From Macrostomum lignano (Eukaryota): DNA of 31,944 bases. Of the stretch, positions 7,910-21,200 are shown in pieces. The notes beneath the pieces are model-generated. The model was not told the origin of the DNA and did no database searches. It saw only the letters and a program-made list of their open reading frames with translations. Location: contig NIVC01001926.1 of the NCBI GenBank assembly GCA_002269645.1, positions 1-31,944 of the forward strand. Direction: 5' to 3'. The position numbers and the translations under genes were made by a program. Within the stretch, counting starts at the first letter, position 1. Every line of letters begins with the position of its first letter.

Positions 7910-9834
7910 GGTTATCTAATTACGCTCGTATCTTATCTTAGGGGAGAGGAGAGAGCAGTGAAAGTCCAAGTGTCAGCGCGGTGGATCGTAGGTGGGGCGG
8001 TCTGTCTGGTAAACGATTTTCTAACTGATAAAAAAGTCGGCTGTAAATCTTCTAAATATACTAAATCTCTTCTTATACTGTTTTAGAATGATAAAAAGAG
8101 CTATATAGGAATGGGGTTGTCTGTGGTGTGGTGAAAATGGAGGCGATGTGGGTGGCAGGGCGGTCTAAGCCAATTGGTTTGGGCTGACCAAAGTCGCAGG
8201 GTCGGTAAGCGCCAATCAGTGACGAGAAAAGTCGAGAGCGTAGGCCTAGGGGTGTGAAATGGTGGGCTAGTTGAGTTTTGCGCACAGCGGGGTGCAAACA
8301 ATTCTAGTGGGGGTAATCTAAACTTGCCAAACCAAGCGGCCAATCAGCGTAAAGCAGCCAGATGATAAACTAATTGAGACCTTTATCGGCGCGTTCTGCG
8401 TTGTAGTCCGATTGTGCGAAGTCCGAAGTTTAGTAAGTTTCATTTTTAATCAATAGTTTATTAGATGGAGTTAAATTAGATAATTTCATTAAATAAAATA
8501 ACTTCGTGTTTAAATTAGTTTATTTCAAGATGCAGTCAGATTGTGTTTTGAACGGAATCGATAGAAGTTTAAATAATTTAAAAAAATCGTACTACGCTTG
8601 ATTCAATTTCTCGTTTGCTACCCGTACTATTACTACTACAAGTACTGTCGAAATAGCAAATGTTGTTCAAAGTTTGCACATTTCAGAGTTTACGTTAGCA
8701 TGAAATTTCCAGGTTTGTAGAATAGTCGAAGAGGCCAAATCCTCTTTATTTAAGGAGCTATATTTTTTAATAATTAATTTAGCTCTATAAGGCAAGGCAG
8801 GAGCTATATTTTTAAAAAAGGGCCCCCTCTCCCCCACTGGCTACGTTCCCTGAAGTTGTCCTATTAAGATGATACACCAAATTTAGCCCTGCATTCCTGC
8901 AATTATCCTACTTTTAGCGTCCAAAAACGCTCTCCGTGATTAATAAATGTCCCAACTCGCTTCGTAAGCACTAGACACCGTGTTAGAATCCCAATGAACA
9001 AATTCCCTATGATTTGAGCCCTGACCATACTAATTTAAAACAATTTAATAATTTTAATTGTTTAAACAAAAAGATACGAAAGAGAAAAGCCGAAAAGCGA
9101 CCCCCCCCGTATACTGAACAGACCAGCACGACTTGACCCGCCCACCCTCCTCGCTGACAAGTGTCAGTTGCCGAAATCCATGCAGTGCACGAGTCCACCT
9201 GTCAAGCTGGATTCCCTTGTCTCCTATCTCCCCTATAGGGGATATAGCGGATTTAGTGCTGCCGCGATGGCGGTACAAGCGTATAGTCATATTCCTGAAA
9301 TACCTTGTTAGCTTTAGTCGAGTTTCCTCTCCTTGCATGTGCTGCGCCGGCTCGTCGGGTCCCCCCCCCTGAGGTGGGAGTGCTGCAGGCTACTGGAAGG
9401 TGGGGCTGTCGAACCCGCCAGATTCCCCAAATCGATAAGCTCGGTGATTAATTGACCCGGATACACTTTTCCGCCAGGTTATCATCGGGCTGCTGCCATT
9501 TTTTCTTTCTTTCTTTCGATTGCAATTTTACTGTCGGTACGGCCGCAGAGGAAGTTCTACATAGCAAGTTGCGGTCTGCTTCATCTTCAGTTCACCTTCT
9601 CGGTCGGTTCCAACGCGTGACTTTTCAGTCAAAACGGCATTTTTCTCAACTTGCAATTAAATTTTTGAGAAGAAATTTGAGGCACACCCCGGCTCTCATT
9701 AATTTGGAGGGACGAAAACATTGCTGTTTTCTGCGTTTTCTGCTTTTTGAAGATGTTTTCTAGGAATGAAAAACTGCAACAAAAGTTTTATTTCCATGAA
9801 CTCTGAGAGTTTTCTTTCAGATTACTTTCCTTAC

Positions 9835-10348
<514 letters not shown>

Positions 10349-10989
10349 TTCTTTCGTTCTCGCTCTCTCTCGCTGTCTCTCTCTTTGTCATCCTGTAAGA
10401 CTGTTTATCTGTTTTTGCCAAGTATCTACCGGTACAGTCGTCGATGCAATTTTTAGAAAGAATTAGACGTTATGAAGAACGCTACCTTGTCAAGTTTTTA
10501 TTTTTGAGCTGTGATGCGCAAAATTCAACAGAAATATAATTAGTGTACATAGCTCAGTATGCAACTTCAAACATATTCAATACAGACGCAGTTAAGTTGA
10601 ACAGAGATTTATCAATCAGAAAATTGTTGGCCTGCCATGCAACGCAGCGCTGCTTTTTGATGCAGACACCCTCCAACAGACAATAACTGGGTTGCTAGCT
10701 TGTGCTTAAATCAAAGCAGACCCTGACTTCTTGCGCTGCTGGTCGAAGTAGGAGTTCATGCGAACGTATAGGGTAAAGGAAAAGCAAAAAGTTATTGAGA
10801 TGACAGTCTGAGCGAGCCAGAAACGCTACCTACTGAGCATTTTAGCTGTCACAATTTGCTTTGGACACTAGGGATGGCATGGTTGGCTTTGAGACGTGTT
10901 GGTTGCTAGTAAGGTGAGGTGATTAATGAGGCTTGAGAAGCGCTTGAGGGTTTGAGAAGGCAAGCCGAGTGAAGCAAAATCTTTTTGTG

Positions 10990-11425
10990 TATACATGGAT
11001 GTGTTGATAGGGTAGAGAGAGGTGTGTTGATAGGGTATAGAGATCGACAGGTGTGTTGATAGGGTATAGAGATCGAGAAGTGTGTTGATGGGTAGAGACG
11101 TGCGTTGATAGGGTAGAGAGGTGTGTTGATAGGGTATAGAGAGAGGTGCGTTGATGGGTAGAGACGTGTGTTGATAGGGTAGAGAGAGGTGTGTTGATAG
11201 GGTATAGAGATCGAGAAGTGTGTTGATAGGGTATAGAGAGAGGTGTGTTGATGGGTAGAGACGTGCGTTGATAGGGTAGAGAGGTGTGTTGATAGGGTAT
11301 AGAGAGAGGTGTATTGATAGGATGGAGAGAGGTGTGTTGATAGGGTATAGAGAGAGGTGTATTGATAGGATGGAGAGAGGTGTGTTGATAGGGTATAGAT
11401 AGGTGTGTTGATGGGTAGGGAGGTG
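10990..11425. repeat. Composite 20-28 bp minisatellite (GTGTGTTGATAGGGTA(TA)GAGAGAG)
   Basis: Recurring GTGTTGATAGGGT core with variant units. Confidence 0.9.
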
Positions 11426-11765
11426 TGATTGAGGTTAGAGAGCGACTTTAATAAGGAGTTCGACAGCCGACCAAATGGGGACGATTCAGAAATTCGTACA
11501 TGGATTTGAGCATCCCCAATTAGCACAATACTCTTAGCCTTGCAGTGAAGTGAAACGCAAACACTCAAGTTAGTGCGTGACAGTTCGGCGGCGAGCTTTT
11601 TACAGTTGGAAGCTTCAGTTGCCAAGCGCCTATTCTACTACAAGGTTGAGCCTTGGAATAAAATCTCTTTAAATCTGGCTTCTAAATTAAAATATGAGTT
11701 AAAGATTACAATCGCAAGCTTGGAAGGAAGCGGGGCGCAGGCCGTTCATGAAAGAGCTGTCCATT

Positions 11766-12202
11766 TCACAGTCGGGTCTCTTTGCCGTCCGATAGGCTGT
11801 TCGGAGAGGCGGCACGGCTAGACGGCGCCGACGCGGCCGACTGCTGCAGCGGCGGCTCGCTTGCACCGTCGTGTCTGTGGAGGTCCGATCGGTCGCTCGG
11901 ACTCTGCGATGCCGCTCGACCTTCGGCAGTTGGCCGAGCAATCAGCAGCGGCGATTGGAGCTCCGTCCAGGGATCGGAGTTGGCCGCTGCGGACGAGCGC
12001 TGCTGGCCCTTGTCGGCGGCGTCGCAATGGTTTCCATGGCAATCAGTTGGATAGTCGTCATCTTCGTCTTCTTCGTTGGTTCTCCGAGGGCTCAGCGCGT
12101 TGGAGACTCGGCGCACCATCGACAGGGCATAGTAGGAGCAGAGGATCAGAGAGATTTCGGCGAACTCGCATAGCGTTACCATGGAAACGCCGATCCAGAG
12201 GC
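11766..12202 (-). CDS. DEG/ENaC exon 4 (TM2 with GVS filter, acidic/Ser-rich C-tail)
   Basis: Acceptor CAATACAG ends at 12203; G+GC gives Gly, then LWIGVSMVTLCEF; stop at 11768-11766. Confidence 0.9.
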
Positions 12203-15200
12203 CTGTATTGACAGCGATTTAATGGTCTTTTGTAACTTTGCATGACTCATATAGATGTCTGAGTTCATAACAATTGGGTTACGTGGTGTAGTTAAAATCC
12301 CTGCACCCACAGGCTATTCCCTCATCCATGATAGGGCTATTAGATTAGCGATCCATTGCATTCATTCATCCATAGATTAGAAATCCATTCTATTCCGTCA
12401 GCCGCAATCTACATGTACATACGAGCTACTAGTAGCGTTCAACCCAGAGCAGTGGCTACTCACCCATGATGCCTCCTAGGTCGGAGAACAGATTCACCAG
12501 CTCGTAGCTGCGCTCCTCAAACAGCTGCCGCACGGTAAGGGTTTTCGGATAAACCCGCAGCTGCAGGAAGCTCTGCTTGATGATGTTATGCACCTGGACA
12601 CAGTGCTCGTCATCTTCGAACAGGTCTGACTTCCTGTCCAGCTCCGTGTCCAGACAGCGACTCAGGTTCACTCTGTGATGCGTGATAGAAAAGTTGAGCG
12701 CATGCTCGGTGCTGGCATAATTGTCCAGCTTCCTCTGCATCATCTTGTTGATTTCGTCAACTCGCGACTTGAGCATGCCGGCTATGCGGGCCAAGCGGAT
12801 TCGGGCGCCGCGAATTTGGAAATTGTGATCCGGCCAGCGGCTCTGGAACACCGAGAAGTCGTAGGTGGTGTAGTTGCAGATATTCAGGCAACTGGACTGC
12901 TTGCGGCCGGACTTCAAATAAGGCATGGCGCATTTCAGGCGATTCAGACGGCGTTGAATCTCCGGGAATCGGTCGGCCAGTAGCTGAGCGGCGTCGAATC
13001 TGTCTGGCAGGTGCAGCCGGTCGAAGATGTCGGTGCGCATCCTGCCGGTGCTGCGGTCCAGCAGGCTGTAGTTGGCGATGCTTGGGTCAGTTTCAAAGAA
13101 CTTGCGGATTCGCTGCAGCAGGCTGAGCAGGTCTGGCTTGTTCTGAGCGCCAAGGAGGTCGTGGCAGTATTCCAGCTGCGGCTGACCATCTGGCTCGGAC
13201 TTAACGAGGCCTTCGACCGTGCATTTACAGTTGTCCCGAATCAGCTTCAGGTACTCGAATGTGGTGCAGTCAGCTAGCTGGTTTTCGTAGCTGGTGACGC
13301 TTCTGAAATTGGGATTGGTGTATTGATTTTGAGCAGGCTTTTGAGCAATTTTTGCACCGACTATTGAGCAACATTGTGAGCTAGGACTACTCAAGTAGAA
13401 GGACGGGAAACTACAATACGTTTCTGAGAAAATTTTAGGAGGCTGGTTTTACCGAAGAAATACACTACGGAGATACAAGCGCAGGTTTTCATTTTTCAGC
13501 AAAAAATTGCTATTGTTTTTGATAGGAGGCAGATCCAATGTTCATCTTTTGATGTGTCTTGCCTCTCTTATATCTCTATTGATATTTATAAAGCTTTTCG
13601 TTTAGAAAACTAGGATTCTATGTTAATTTTATATCCTACGTGCAATCGTACATGTACTTTCTCTGAATATCATAGAAATGGCACAGCTCGACTCATTGGT
13701 TTTAGGAATCAATTTTTTCATTCTTAGCTTATTGACTGTGTAACAATAATCTTCTATCACTCACACACGCTCACACAGGGTGTACAGCGGTCCTGACTTT
13801 CTAATCGGCAGACATGTACACTCTCTGTGCCCTCATGGGCGTGAATCGCACGAAAACCTTCCGGCCAACTTCGCGCACGGAATCGAACCAGGGGTCGTTT
13901 TGGAAGAGTCAAATGCATTTACCGCTGAGCTGCTCTGCGCCTCCCCCCATTGGTAGCGATGAACTTGTTGGGGATTCGAGCACGGGCTTTTCGTGCAACT
14001 AACGTCCATTAGTTCCAAAAGCCTTAGCACAGAGGAGAGTGTACAACTGCCTGACGAAGAGAAAATCAAGGACCACTATTCACCCTGTGTGCGTGATCAG
14101 GGTCAGCAAAATGGGGTATAACTACTCGTCAGAACTGGGCATAAAGATCTTTCAAATTTGGCGCAACGCACGCCAATTCTAAACACTCTCTCGGCCCAAA
14201 AATTTCGCTACTCAGTATTTGAATTCGATTGCAATGCGGCCGCAGTCAGAGCCCAACCTGCTGAGTTAGTTGGCTAAGGTCCGCTGCACTTGCCCTCAAG
14301 GCCGCTCAAGAGGTTGTGGCTAAGAGTGTGGGGGAAAATATGGATTGCAAGTCGCTCCGCCGTCTGTTTGCACCCTCCAGTTGAGAGCGGCCAGCCCACT
14401 CCAAGTGTTATTTAAGTGTGTTATTCTGCTCAACGCACGAGCAGGCGCAGCTCATCCCACGAGCTGTGCCGTATTTGGGCAGCCCCAGTTCATTGCTGCG
14501 GACTTTCACGCCGATGAACAAGCCTCTCGTCTGACAACCTCGGCTGCCCCGGTTGATAGAGAAAGCCTGTTTCGAGTCTTCTTCTATAATACTGCATTTT
14601 TGTCTCAGCAAGAGGAGTCAGGGACTGTGAGATGCAGAGAACAGTTTGAGTCGAATATGAGTGAGAAAATCCTATCTAAGCCAATCAGATGGGAAGTGAA
14701 GCTACGTTGGTTTGGGGAGTGAAGTCACACCGAGTGAAGTCACATCGATTTGGAAGTAGGCGACATTCGACCTATCTGAAAGGTCACATATCAGTCCGGG
14801 GCTCACATATCAGTCGAGGGGGGCATTCACAATGCCACTTACCCCAGCAGGTGGTCGAAGGCGTGGAATCGGCCCTTCGGCTCGCACCGTTTCGTGGGCG
14901 TGTTGGCCAGGCTGGTCTGCACCTGGTTGAGTGCCAGCACCGTCTGCATGCCGCTGGGAGAGTTGATGCCGTACTCGCTTGGGTAGGGGATCGTGTCCTG
15001 CGGGTTGGCGCAGCTTCAGCTGAATGATGGAGCATGGGGTTCAGTCTGAATTGAAACAAATTGGGGATTGTTAAGCTAATCTAGCCAACAGATAGATAAA
15101 GAAAGATAATGGATTGCTAATCTATAGCCATCGCAGATGAAGGAATAGAATGGATTGCTAATCTATAGCTCCATCAGGGATGAAGGAATAGAATGAATTG

Positions 15201-18200
15201 CTAATCTATAGCTCCATCAGGGATGAAGGAATAGAATGGATTGCTAATCTATAACCATCAGGGATGAAGGAATAGAATGGATTGCTAATCTATAGCCATC
15301 ACGGATGAAGGAATAGAATGGATTGCTAATCTATAGCCATCACGGATGAAGGAATAGAATGGATTGCTAATCTATAGCCATCGCAGATGAAGGAATAGAA
15401 TGGATTGCTAATCTATAGCTCCATCAGGGATGAAGGAATAGAATGAATTGCTAATCTATAGCTCCATCAGGGATGAAGGAATAGAATGGATTGCTAATCT
15501 ATAGCCATCACGGATGAAGGAATAGAATGGATTGCTAATCTATAGCCATCACGGATGAAGGAATAGAATGGATTGCTAATCTATAGCCATCACGGATGAA
15601 GGAATAGAATGGATTGCTAATCTATAGCCATCACGGATGAAGGAATAGAATGGATTGCTAATCTATAGCCATCAGGGTTGAAGGAATAGAATGGATTGCC
15701 AATCTATAGCCATCAGGGTTGAAGGAATAGAATGGATTGCTAATCTATAGCCATCACGGATGAAGGAATAGAATGGATTGCTAATCTATAGCCATCACGG
15801 ATGAAGGAATAGAATGGATTGTTAATCTATAGCTCCATCAGGGATGAAGGAATAGAATGGATTGCTAATCTATAGCTCCATCAGGGATGAAGGAATAGAA
15901 TGGATTGCTAATCTATAGCTCCATCAGGGATGAAGGAATAGAATGGATTGCTAATCTATAGCCATCACGGATGAAGGAATAGAATGGATTGCTAATCTAT
16001 AGCCATCACGGATGAAGGAATAGAATGGATTGCTAATCTATAGCCATCAGGGTTGAAGGAATAGAATGGATTGCTAATCTATAGCCATCACAGATGAAGG
16101 AATAGAATGGATTGCTAATCTATAGCCATCACGGATGAAGGAATAGAATGGATTGCTAATCTATAGCCATCACGGATGAAGGAATAGAATGGATTGCTAA
16201 TCTATAGCCATCAGGGTTGAAGGAATAGAATGGATTGCTAATCTATAGCCATCACAGATGAAGGAATAGAATGGATTGCTAATCTATAGCCATCACGGAT
16301 GAAGGAATAGAATGGATTGCTAATCTATAGCCATCACGGATGAAGGAATAGAATGGATTGCTAATCTATAGCCATCACGGATGAAGGAATAGAATGGATT
16401 GCTAATCTATAGCCATCAGGGTTGAAGGAATAGAATGGATTGCTAATCTATAACCATCAGGGTTGAAGGAATAGAATGGATTGCTAATCTATAGCCATCA
16501 GGGTTGAAGGAATAGAATGGATTGCTAATCTATAGCCATCAGGGTTGAAGGAATAGAATGGATTGCTAATCTATAGCCATCACGGATGAAGGAATAGAAT
16601 GGATTGCTAATCTATAGCCATCACAGATGAAGGAATAGAATGGATTGCTAATCTATAACCATCAGGGATGAAGGAATAGAATGGATTGCTAATCTATAGT
16701 CATCAGGGATGAAGGAATAGAATGGATTGCTAATCTATAGCCATAAATGAATGCATTTTGGAAATATTTCAGTCTAAATTCTACGCTAGAAAGTGTTTAT
16801 GATTTTGAACGATTAAGCCACGATCGGTCAGCTCTAATATTTCAGCGGCACACTCTGCTTGTCACTCATTCGCTTCACTCCCTGCAGCTGCCGCAGCCTG
16901 TCAGTTTTTTGCAGTACGCGATTTTACAAAGTGATTTCTTGTGCAACAATTTATTCATTTTTGTAGTTCGGCCAACCTGCAGCTGCTTGACCCCCCGCCG
17001 TTCCGGAGGATGGGGTGGGGCTGTAGGTTTGCGCCGCAGCCTTTCACTTTGTCCGGTTTTGGGGTGGTCGGCTACGCCAGCCAGCTGGAATTCCCCAAGC
17101 ACTGCTGTGAGGGTGTCTTCAGTCCTGGGTGCCACCTCAGCATCAAATGTTCTCCCACCCCGTACCCCAGACAGGGTCTTGTTCCCCCCCCCCCAACATC
17201 CACCAACCACCCCAATCTGTGCTGGTGCGTCTCCCACTCTCTGTCTAATCTCTCTCTCCTGCCTCTACGAGCTAGTATGACATTTCGATGTGTTTACAGG
17301 AACACAATGCCATCAGAAAGTTTGGCCCTCCCGGACCGAGGGCACTTGTTTAGATGTTGCCTCTGCGCAGAGCGGAGCGGCATGCAGGCGGAGAGAGCTT
17401 CAAGGGCAGAGTCGGGAACAGAACTGGGAGATATTGACGGAAGCGGAGACCCGGTGTGGTTAGAGGGTGTGCGATTTTTTCCCTATCCGCCCGGTGCTGC
17501 AGTCGCAGGAAGTGGAAAACAGGTGGGGGCGGTGGTCTCTGCCGCTTCCGCGAATTACACCTGGCCCCTGCCAGGTCCTCGCGCCGCTGCTGCCAAACTC
17601 AAGGGCTGCCAGCACAGCCTACGGCCTGATACAGGGGATGCGGCCTGCAGCCACTCGCTGAGCTCACATTCTCCCTGCTTTCTGCTCATCCGGATGCTGC
17701 CTTGATGCCCTTCATCTGCGGGCTGCCCTTGCCACATCTTCCTTTCTCACCTAGCTGTGTCTATTTTTGCCGCCTCATGTCTGTCTTAGTGTCAGTCAGT
17801 CAGTCAGTCAGTCAGTCAGTCAGTCAGTCAGTCAGTCAGTCAGTCAGTCAGTCAGTCAGTCAGTCAGTCAGTCAGTCAGTCAGTCAGTCAGTCAGTCAGT
17901 CAGTCAGTCAGTCAGTCAGTCAGTCAGTCAGTCAGTCAGTCAGTCAGTCAGTCAGTCAGTCAGTTAGTCAGTCAGTCAGTCAGTCAGTCAGTCAGTCAGT
18001 CAGTCAGTCAGTCAGTCAGTCAGTCAGTCAGTCAGTTAGTCAGTCAGTCAGTCAGTCAGTCAGTTAGTCAGTCAGTCAGTCAGTCAGTCAGTCAGTCAGT
18101 CAGTCAGTCAGTCAGTCAGTCAGTCAGTCAGTTAGTCAGTCAGTCAGTCAGTCAGTCAGTCAGTCAGTCAGTCAGTCAGTCAGTCAGTTAGTCAGTCAGT

Positions 18201-21200
18201 CAGTCAGTCAGTCAGTCAGTCAGTCAGTTAGTCAGTCAGTCAGTCAGTCAGTCAGTCAGTCAGTCAGTCAGTCAGTCAGTCAGTCAGTCAGTCAGTCAGT
18301 CAGTCAGTCAGTCAGTCATTCAGTCAGTCAGTCAGTCAGTCAGTCAGTCAGTCAGTCAGTCAGTCAGTCAGTCAGTCAGTCAGTCAGTCAGTCAGTCAGT
18401 CAGTCAGTCAGTCAGTCAGTCAGTCAGTCAGTCAGTCAGTCAGTCAGTCATTCAGTCAGTCAGTCAGTCAGTCAGTCAGTCAGTCAGTCAGTCAGTCAGT
18501 CAGTCAGTCAGTCAGTCAGTCAGTTAGTCACTTTAGCTGGGTTGAGGGCTTGAAAGCTTTCCTGCAACAGTGTCTGTCAGGATATCAAATTACTCAGGCA
18601 CTTCTAGGCACCAGACAAACATAATTCATTAGTAGTTTAAAGTATTTTGTATCCGTGATGCCCCTGCAGTCTCTCTGTTCTCCTTTTCTCACCCCAGCTC
18701 CCTCTCAGAACAGTTGGCCCAACCAAACGGACAAGAGAAGCCAGAAGCCGAGAAGACAGAGACGCGGCAGAGAAAAAGTGAGGGAGCTGAGGAGGAGCTG
18801 CAGAGGGACAGCCCCGCGGGCGGCCCCCTTGGGATCGGCTTCTGGTCCCCTTCGGCATCGCAACCAGATGCCGCCTGCGAAGCACGATTAGGACCGGCAT
18901 GGCCGCATGATTAATCCTGAGCTGGGCTGAGGGCAGAAGGCCAGTTAAACAGAGCCAGTCGAGTTTCTTTTAGTTGAGGAGACCGGGGACGGCTCCGCGG
19001 GCTGCACTGTTGAATTGGCTGTAAATCAAGCTGGATCTCGGCTACTGCAGGCAGGGTCTCATGTGCTCGGTCGCGCCCCGCTGCATGGGTTGCCATCATG
19101 CTTGACCTGTTCGCTTTTTTACATCGGTCGCTTAAAGTCCTTCGGTTGTTCTCGGGTTCAAAATATTAAGTGTGCTTTTCTACTTATTGCTACCCCGGAT
19201 TCGTACGGTCCTGAGGGGTGACGAGTCGCTCCGAGCGGGTAACGCATCTGGCTCACTCCAAAGTTCTCGGGATCGGTTTCGTGCGCAGTCGCTATTGACC
19301 TGCGACTTGGAGGGTCAACCGCCCAGGTGTACATTACTGACGATGAGAATAGTCGGGTTCGCTGTGCGGAATATGCTGGCTGCGGATCGACTGTCTTTGG
19401 AAGTTGCGGCAGCCCTCTCTACAGCAAAGTCACAATCGATGTTTGCGGGCAGTAAAAGAGTCGCTAATGATTGATGGCCAAGCGATGACTCACTGTGTTG
19501 ACTCGTGAAATGATGCAGCAACCATGGACCGAGCATAGCTATTGAAGCACTTGATTTTTGTGACCTTAACTGATCCCAGAGTGAAAAATTTGGTGTTAGA
19601 AAATGTTCCAACACAGCAATGCAAAACACAGGGACCGTACAAAGCTACAGGAGTCGGAGCACTTCCCTATTGATGTTGACACAGCAATATACTAGTACTT
19701 AACTGTGCCTCGGAGCAAGAAGGCAGATCTATTCGAACCTGAGCAGAGTAAAGCTTATCCCGCGACCTGCTTTTTTGAAAGAAGCTGCAGTCTGTGTGTT
19801 ACAACCACAAGAAGAGACTAGACAATGGTGCGAAAACACAGTAGGAATCATCTGAGGTGCAGACAAAATATGCAACAAAAAGTGATTAACCACTAAACAC
19901 AACCTATAACACAGTATGTTCGTTGTCACTTGTCCCTACATTCCCCAACTGTCTATGGCCACTTGTACCTACATTCACCAACTGTCTATGGCCACTTGTA
20001 CCTACATTCACCAACTGTCTATGGCCACTTGTACCTACATTCACCAACTGTCTATGGCCACTTGTACCTAAATTCACCAACTGTCTATGGCCATCAAAGG
20101 TCTTATCAAGGATGATTTGAGTAAACAAAACGTATAAAAGCCAAATTGTTCCTACTTCTATGAAACTGTCCAAACACTGCCCAGCCTCTCTTGCATCGGC
20201 CTCTCGAACTCCAAAAATGCCGACAAAAGTCTCGCCTCCGTGCCGAGAAATAATAAATGAAGACCGAGGGACGAGCGCTCGGACCTCAACCTGACACCAT
20301 GGGCTGGTCGCTCCATAGTAGAGAGTAGATCGCTGGGGAAGACACATTTAAGGGATTGATTTTTTTTGTGCCGAAACCCCAGCTGTTTTTCCTCTCTTTC
20401 TCTCCCCCCCTCTCTCTCTCTCTCTCCATTTCCTTCATGCTGCTTTCACTGCCCCCCTTCCCAATCTTCTTCTGGCCGCCGATTTCAAGTTAGTTTCTGT
20501 TGCTTTAGCAATATTCTGATCCTGCTTCTGGCTCGGCTGAGTTCCGTACCCCCAATCCTCACATTGAGGGCTCAGCAGATAGCTTATAGTGTTGCAGAGA
20601 TTGGTTGCTGGCCTTAAATCCGTTCTACTTACTTTAATCTATTTTTGCTTATCGTCCAGCGGAATTCTCTAGAATTTTCCTTCAACCAAACACAACGATT
20701 TCAGTAAAGAGATTTGCTGCACTTGCTGAAATTGCTTACCTGTTTGGGGAAGCTGGTTCAGACTGAACTGTCTTGGGCACATGTAGGCCCATTTATATAC
20801 TTCACTCTACTCTACTCTACTCTTCTCTACTCTACTCTACTCTACTCTACTCTACTCTACTCTACTCTACTCTACTCTACTCTACTCTACTCTACTCTAC
20901 TCTACTCTGCTCTACTCTACTCTACTCTTCTCTACTCTACTCTACTCTACTCTACTCTACTCTACTCTACTCTACTCTACTCTACTCTACTCTACTCTAC
21001 TCTACTCTACTCTACTCTACTCTACTCTACTCTACTCTACTCTACTCTACTCTACTCTACTCTACTCTACTCTACTCTACTCTACTCTACTCTACTCTAC
21101 TCTACTCTACTCTACTCTACTCTACTCTACTCTACTCTACTCTACTCTACTCTACTCTACTCTACTCTACTCTACTCTACTCTACTCTACTCTACTCTAC

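Noticed and set aside
9229-9242. 14-bp palindrome TCCCCTATAGGGGA
   Set aside because: Isolated, with no recognisable context; compatible with chance in 32 kb.
9528-9649. Possible extra terminal exon of the channel (EKNAVLTEKSRVG...RPYRQ*)
   Set aside because: Needs a phase-1 donor, which I could not find in exon 4. Exon 4 already ends in a stop at 11766.
13870-13945. tRNA gene (also 23309-23385)
   Set aside because: A and B boxes are present, but a complete cloverleaf cannot be formed (anticodon arm unpaired at 13.9 kb) and both continue into SINE-like bodies.
15109-16744. CRISPR-like regular array (also the 88-bp array at 30550-30925)
   Set aside because: Head-to-tail units with no unique spacers, no cas genes, and a eukaryotic intron context.
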